Source of the DNA: Octopus vulgaris
Lineage: Eukaryota
Assembly: GCA_951406725.2 (NCBI GenBank)
Contig: OX597830.1
Span: 26,102,001-26,166,000 of the forward strand
Length of the DNA stretch: 64,000 nt
Direction: 5' to 3'
Shown: positions 59,313 through 64,000 of the stretch, one piece after another
How the letters are laid out: each line of letters opens with the position of its first letter
Position numbering within the stretch: position 1 is the stretch's first letter
Notes under the pieces: model-generated
What the model was told of the DNA's origin: nothing
Seen by the model: the letters and a program-made list of their open reading frames with translations, nothing else
Databases searched by the model: none
Position numbers and translations under genes: made by a program

Positions 59313-59557
59313 ATGAGATGTATATATATTTCTTTTATCTTTCACTTGCTTCAGTTATTAGACTGCGGTCATTCTGGGGCACTACCTTGAAGAACATTTA
59401 ATCAAATAAATCGGCTCCAATACTTATTCTATCGGTCTGGATGGCCGCGCTGTTAGGTTACAGGGACACATACATACTTACTCTCTCTCTCTCTCTTTCT
59501 TGCTTTCTCTCACTCTCTCTCTCTCTTTCTCTCTCTCTCCCTTTCTCTCTCTCTCTT

Positions 59558-59596
<39 letters not shown>

Positions 59597-60593
59597 GTAT
59601 ATGTATGCATATATATATAATGAAAAAGAATGAGAGAGAGAATGAGAGCGAAAAAATTCGCATCGCCAATGATTTTCTCCCTAGAAAGGGGAGCTGATTT
59701 GCAAAATTACATTAAGTGCAACACTGTGGCTTTCAACTTCACACACGTACGTATACTCTCATTGACGTTGACCAGTTGTGGTAGCGTAATGACATAGTTG
59801 ATAATGATATCCATTTCAAACAAGAATAGAAACAGGCGAAAATACTGTCGTTGAGTATTTAATCCTATGGTTTATAGATGAGATGATCAACACTTTCTGT
59901 TAGTTAATATATCTGTTATATATCTGTTTGTCAATATATCTGTTAGTTAATGTAGCTGTTGTATATATGTTAGTTGATGTATTTGTTAATATATACAGAC
60001 CAGATGAACAGCGCTCTTTGTTAATTAATGTAAACCATAAGTTGAAATTTAGAAATTTACTGTATAATTATGCTTGTAGAGTTCAACATTTGATCTGTTT
60101 CATTTTCTACGCCAACGAAATGCAGAAAAGGTATGATATATGACTAATTGCTTCTAAAGTGTATATGAGAAAAAAATATGAATTAACTTGAAGCGTTAAT
60201 TTGCTCTAATGTTAATATATTATAATATAGAAGGTTTACTTACATATAGCGGGACCCTATAAAATATATAACAAAGAATATTTTAATTTGCAGCGAGGTC
60301 AGCAAAAAATAACCGAAAAAAAAAAAGAAAACAAAACAGAAAATAAAATAGAAACCGAAACTATTGACCCAAAAGTGCTCAGGTAGTGTTCAGTCTCGTT
60401 GTAAAGACAATAGTAAGTTAATTTAATATGAAGGATGTTTATTAGAAATCTAACTTTGGACACCACCACCCAAAGCAAATGGATGAAACTAAACTCAACA
60501 TTTCTCACATAAGTACATGCACACAAACACACACACACATATATATTTGTATATATATACACATATAAATACATATATATATATATGTATAAA

Positions 60594-60639
<46 letters not shown>

Positions 60640-60679
60640 AGTAGTTGAATGAATTATCTTATTAATGATAATTCGAATA

Positions 60680-61147
60680 AACCGATACCTGGGTTTTTAA
60701 TTGTTCTTTCTTTTTTGGTTTTGTTTGTCTCAGGTCTTCTATACTTAATTTAAGTACCCGTTGGATTGCACTGTCTATTAGGGGCTGTGGATAGTTTCTA
60801 TTTATGAGTGTGGTTCTAAGTTCCTGGAGATGTGTGTGTCGGGTGTTTGTGTCTGATATTATGGTGCAAATCCTTCTAGCTAAACAAAAAGGGACATTTA
60901 TTCTAGTGTGTCGTGGGTGGCATGAATCAAAGGGTAGGTACTGTTTGGAGTCTGTCGGTTTATAATAGATATCTGTCTCTATTTTGTTGCCGGTTTTCTT
61001 AATGAGGATGTCTAAAAATGGTAATTCTTCTTCGTTATGATCCATCGTGAATTGTATATTATCATTTATTCCATTTAATAGTATTTTAAATTCCTCAAGT
61101 TTCTCTATACTTTTATCCCAGAGGATAAAACAGTCGTCGAGGTATCT
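60680..61147 (-). mobile_element. Penelope-like RT fragment
   Basis: RYLDDCFILW...IQFTMDHNEEELPFLDILIKK...TDIYYKPTDSKQYLPFDSCHP...LARRICTI...NYP is the PLE RT/thumb signature. Confidence 0.85.
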
Positions 61148-61325
61148 TTGCTGCTACGATCAACAGCCCCCTACTGCTACTACTGCTGCTACAGCCACAG
61201 TGAGAGAATTAAAATAGTGGAGGTGGGGGGAATTACAATTTCTCAGATCCTTAAACAGTCACTCCCGCTGGCAGTGGTATGTCTTAGGGAAAGATGAATT
61301 TATAAAAAGATTTTTTCACTGCAAG

Positions 61326-61631
61326 CAGATCTGATTTTGATTCGTTAAAAAATTGATGACGTTTTGCCTCCGTGGTCAAGCTTGTCGTTCTGCTTGGTTG
61401 GTTTCCTTACAAGATACGGTTATGGGTCAGATCTGATTTTGATTCGTTAAAAAATTGATGACGTTTTTCTTCCGTGGTCAAGCTGGTCGTTCTGCTTGGT
61501 TGGCCACCTTACAGGATACAGTTATGTGTCAGATCTGATTTTGATTCGTTAAAAAATTGATGACGTTTTTCTTCTGTGGTCAAGCTTGTCGTCCTGCTTG
61601 GTTGGTTTCCTTACAGGATACAGTTATGGGT
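61326..61631 (+). repeat. Tandem repeat, 3 x 102 bp
   Basis: Units begin cagatctgattttgattcg at 61326, 61428 and 61530. Confidence 0.95.
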
Positions 61632-62077
61632 CTTTTCCTTATATTCGTTGAAGTTTGGTTTTGATTGGTTTGGAATTATGTGACGTCAGTGAACAGTGCC
61701 AGAGAACCGACCACTGTTGCTACTACGATCAACAGCCCTTTACTACGGCTACTGCTGCTGTCACAGCCACAGCTTAGCTGATATAACCCCAACCACCACC
61801 AAGGTTACCAAAATTACGACCAACAGACGACGACCAAGAATCACTACTGTTGCTTCAATTGGAACACAAGGTAACACAAAAGCGGTTCCTTTTGATACCA
61901 GCAAGAAATCTATAATGAACGTCTCCACTACACTCGACAAAACAGTAAAGAACGACTATGGATTTTTTCTATTATACTCTTTATAATATATTTGATAAGG
62001 TTCGTGTTTTCAAGAACATGGATTCTATTGAATGTATGTAACGATTATGAACTGTTCCATTATACTTTTTATAATAC

Positions 62078-62125
62078 ATTTTTTTGATAAGGTTCGTTTT
62101 TTCAAGAACCGAAACATGTAAAATT
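62078..62125 (+). ncRNA. Minimal hammerhead-like motif, U3-A8 variant (predicted)
   Basis: atttt TTGATAA GGTTC gttttttcaa GAACC GAAAC AT GTA aaat. Confidence 0.55.
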
Positions 62126-62203
62126 AAAATTTATCTAATATAGTGGCGTTTTCAAACTTCTATTTTACAAATATATACCCACTCGTATACGATCTACTCT
62201 TAT

Positions 62204-62337
<134 letters not shown>

Positions 62338-62419
62338 TTTTTGTATGCTAGGCTACTGCTTTTAAATTTATATTAATTAAATTAATATTCAATTTATCTC
62401 CCTCATTATTTATATATAC

Positions 62420-62474
<55 letters not shown>

Positions 62475-62551
62475 ATATATATACATATACATAGATATGT
62501 ACATATAAACACATACATATACATACATATATCTATATATACATGCGCAGA

Positions 62552-62604
<53 letters not shown>

Positions 62605-62638
62605 ATATATATATATATATATTATAATAAATAAAATA

Positions 62639-62687
<49 letters not shown>

Positions 62688-63417
62688 TATATATATAATA
62701 AATGAAATAAAACATATGCATATATATAAACATATATGTACGTACCTACCTCTACATGTACATATACACGCATATATGAGTACAGGGCACCAAAGGGACG
62801 TCGAACACAAAGAGAAACGAAAACATAGACACAAACCAAAGGAACTGGGCATTTTTTTAAAAACAACAAAAAATGGAGTACAGGACAATTAACACAAAGA
62901 AAAAACCCCTTCTTCAGTCGCTATGGTTTCATCTACTCTACGTTTCGAAGGATATATACATACACATTTCAACATATATATATACATACATAGTCTCATG
63001 TACACACACACACACACATAGATATTTATGAATGCATGTATGTATTCATGCGAATGAAGCCTAATTGCGTTCATCAACCCCTTCTCTCTCGATATACATG
63101 AATACATCCATACATACACATATATTAATGAACTTGGCACGCCATTTTATGTTGCGTATCAGCAATACCGTTTGGGTTTTATGCAACATAGCAAGAAGCA
63201 CCCTGGATGTTTCTTGTTACAAGTCTTTCTTTCAATACAAAAATAAATTACGGAGAAAAGACTTACTAATATTTTGGTGACGTTTTCAAGAAAGTTTCCC
63301 ATTGTTTTGCTGTCTAGATTCCCGAACGGATTAAACTTGGTTCCCAACTTAATTTTACCTATGTAAAGAGAAAAACCATATGAAGAACAATTATTGAAGT
63401 TTTTGTCGCTGTTGTTG

Positions 63418-63463
<46 letters not shown>

Positions 63464-63528
63464 CATTAATATTATTATGACTATTATTATTATTATTATC
63501 ATTATTATTATTATTGCTATTATTATTA

Positions 63529-63568
<40 letters not shown>

Positions 63569-63697
63569 CATTATTATTATTATTATTATTGCTATTATTA
63601 TTATTTTTATTATTATTATTAATATTATTATTATTGCTTTTTTTTTTCTATTATTATGATTATTATTATCATTGCTATTATTATTATTATTATTATT

Positions 63698-64000
63698 GAG
63701 TGAGAGAGCAGTTCATGCCATCAAAGTGACACTGGGGTAAAATATGCGAAGCCCAATATACCCATCATGACTACCCGTCTGATAAGGGTACACCAGGCAC
63801 ATGCATCACAACCATATGTGCGCGACATGGTGATCTCATATCAAGATAAACAGCACATGACCTTGCAGGTGGGGCCCAGTTAGAATTTTCTTCAGGTTGA
63901 GTAACCCATCCCGCTCAAACGGTCCCTGAATAAGGGTTGTTTAAGGATGTTGAAAGAACAACCCATGTTTCCAAATGTGAATTATTCAAACCCCAAAGAA
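63698..64000 (-). mobile_element. Family E element (runs off the window end)
   Basis: Reverse-complement match to about 33360-33661; abuts degenerate (ATT)n at 63420-63697. Confidence 0.88.

Noticed and set aside
61326-61631. Possible CRISPR-like array
   Set aside because: Contiguous tandem units with no unique spacers, no cas genes, eukaryotic context.

Overview
AT-rich, microsatellite-dense animal genomic DNA. The SINE and microsatellite landscape suggests a cephalopod such as Octopus (inference). The only host coding sequence I can support is the last two exons of a synaptotagmin-15-like C2B domain (604-786 and 5408-5532, + strand). The rest is repeats: at least seven R4/Dong-like (RLE-type) non-LTR pieces, most abutting (AAT)n tracts; a non-coding (AAT)n-embedded element; a near-complete DD34D mariner plus other Tc1/mariner remnants; Penelope-like (PLE) RT and GIY-YIG fragments; a Helitron and a Helentron-type non-autonomous element; four tRNA-derived SINE families; and several fold-back elements. 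The most notable observation is a small non-coding element built as tRNA-like head + (AAT)n + minimal hammerhead ribozyme + tail. Two copies are inserted as Penelope-style tail-out inverted pairs with 10-bp target-site duplications, which suggests a ribozyme-bearing, Pol III-driven SINE-like parasite of PLE machinery. Several other minimal hammerhead-like motifs occur, including a U3-A8 core variant. All calls come from reading the sequence by eye; no searches or folding programs were run, and the boundaries of degenerate elements are approximate.
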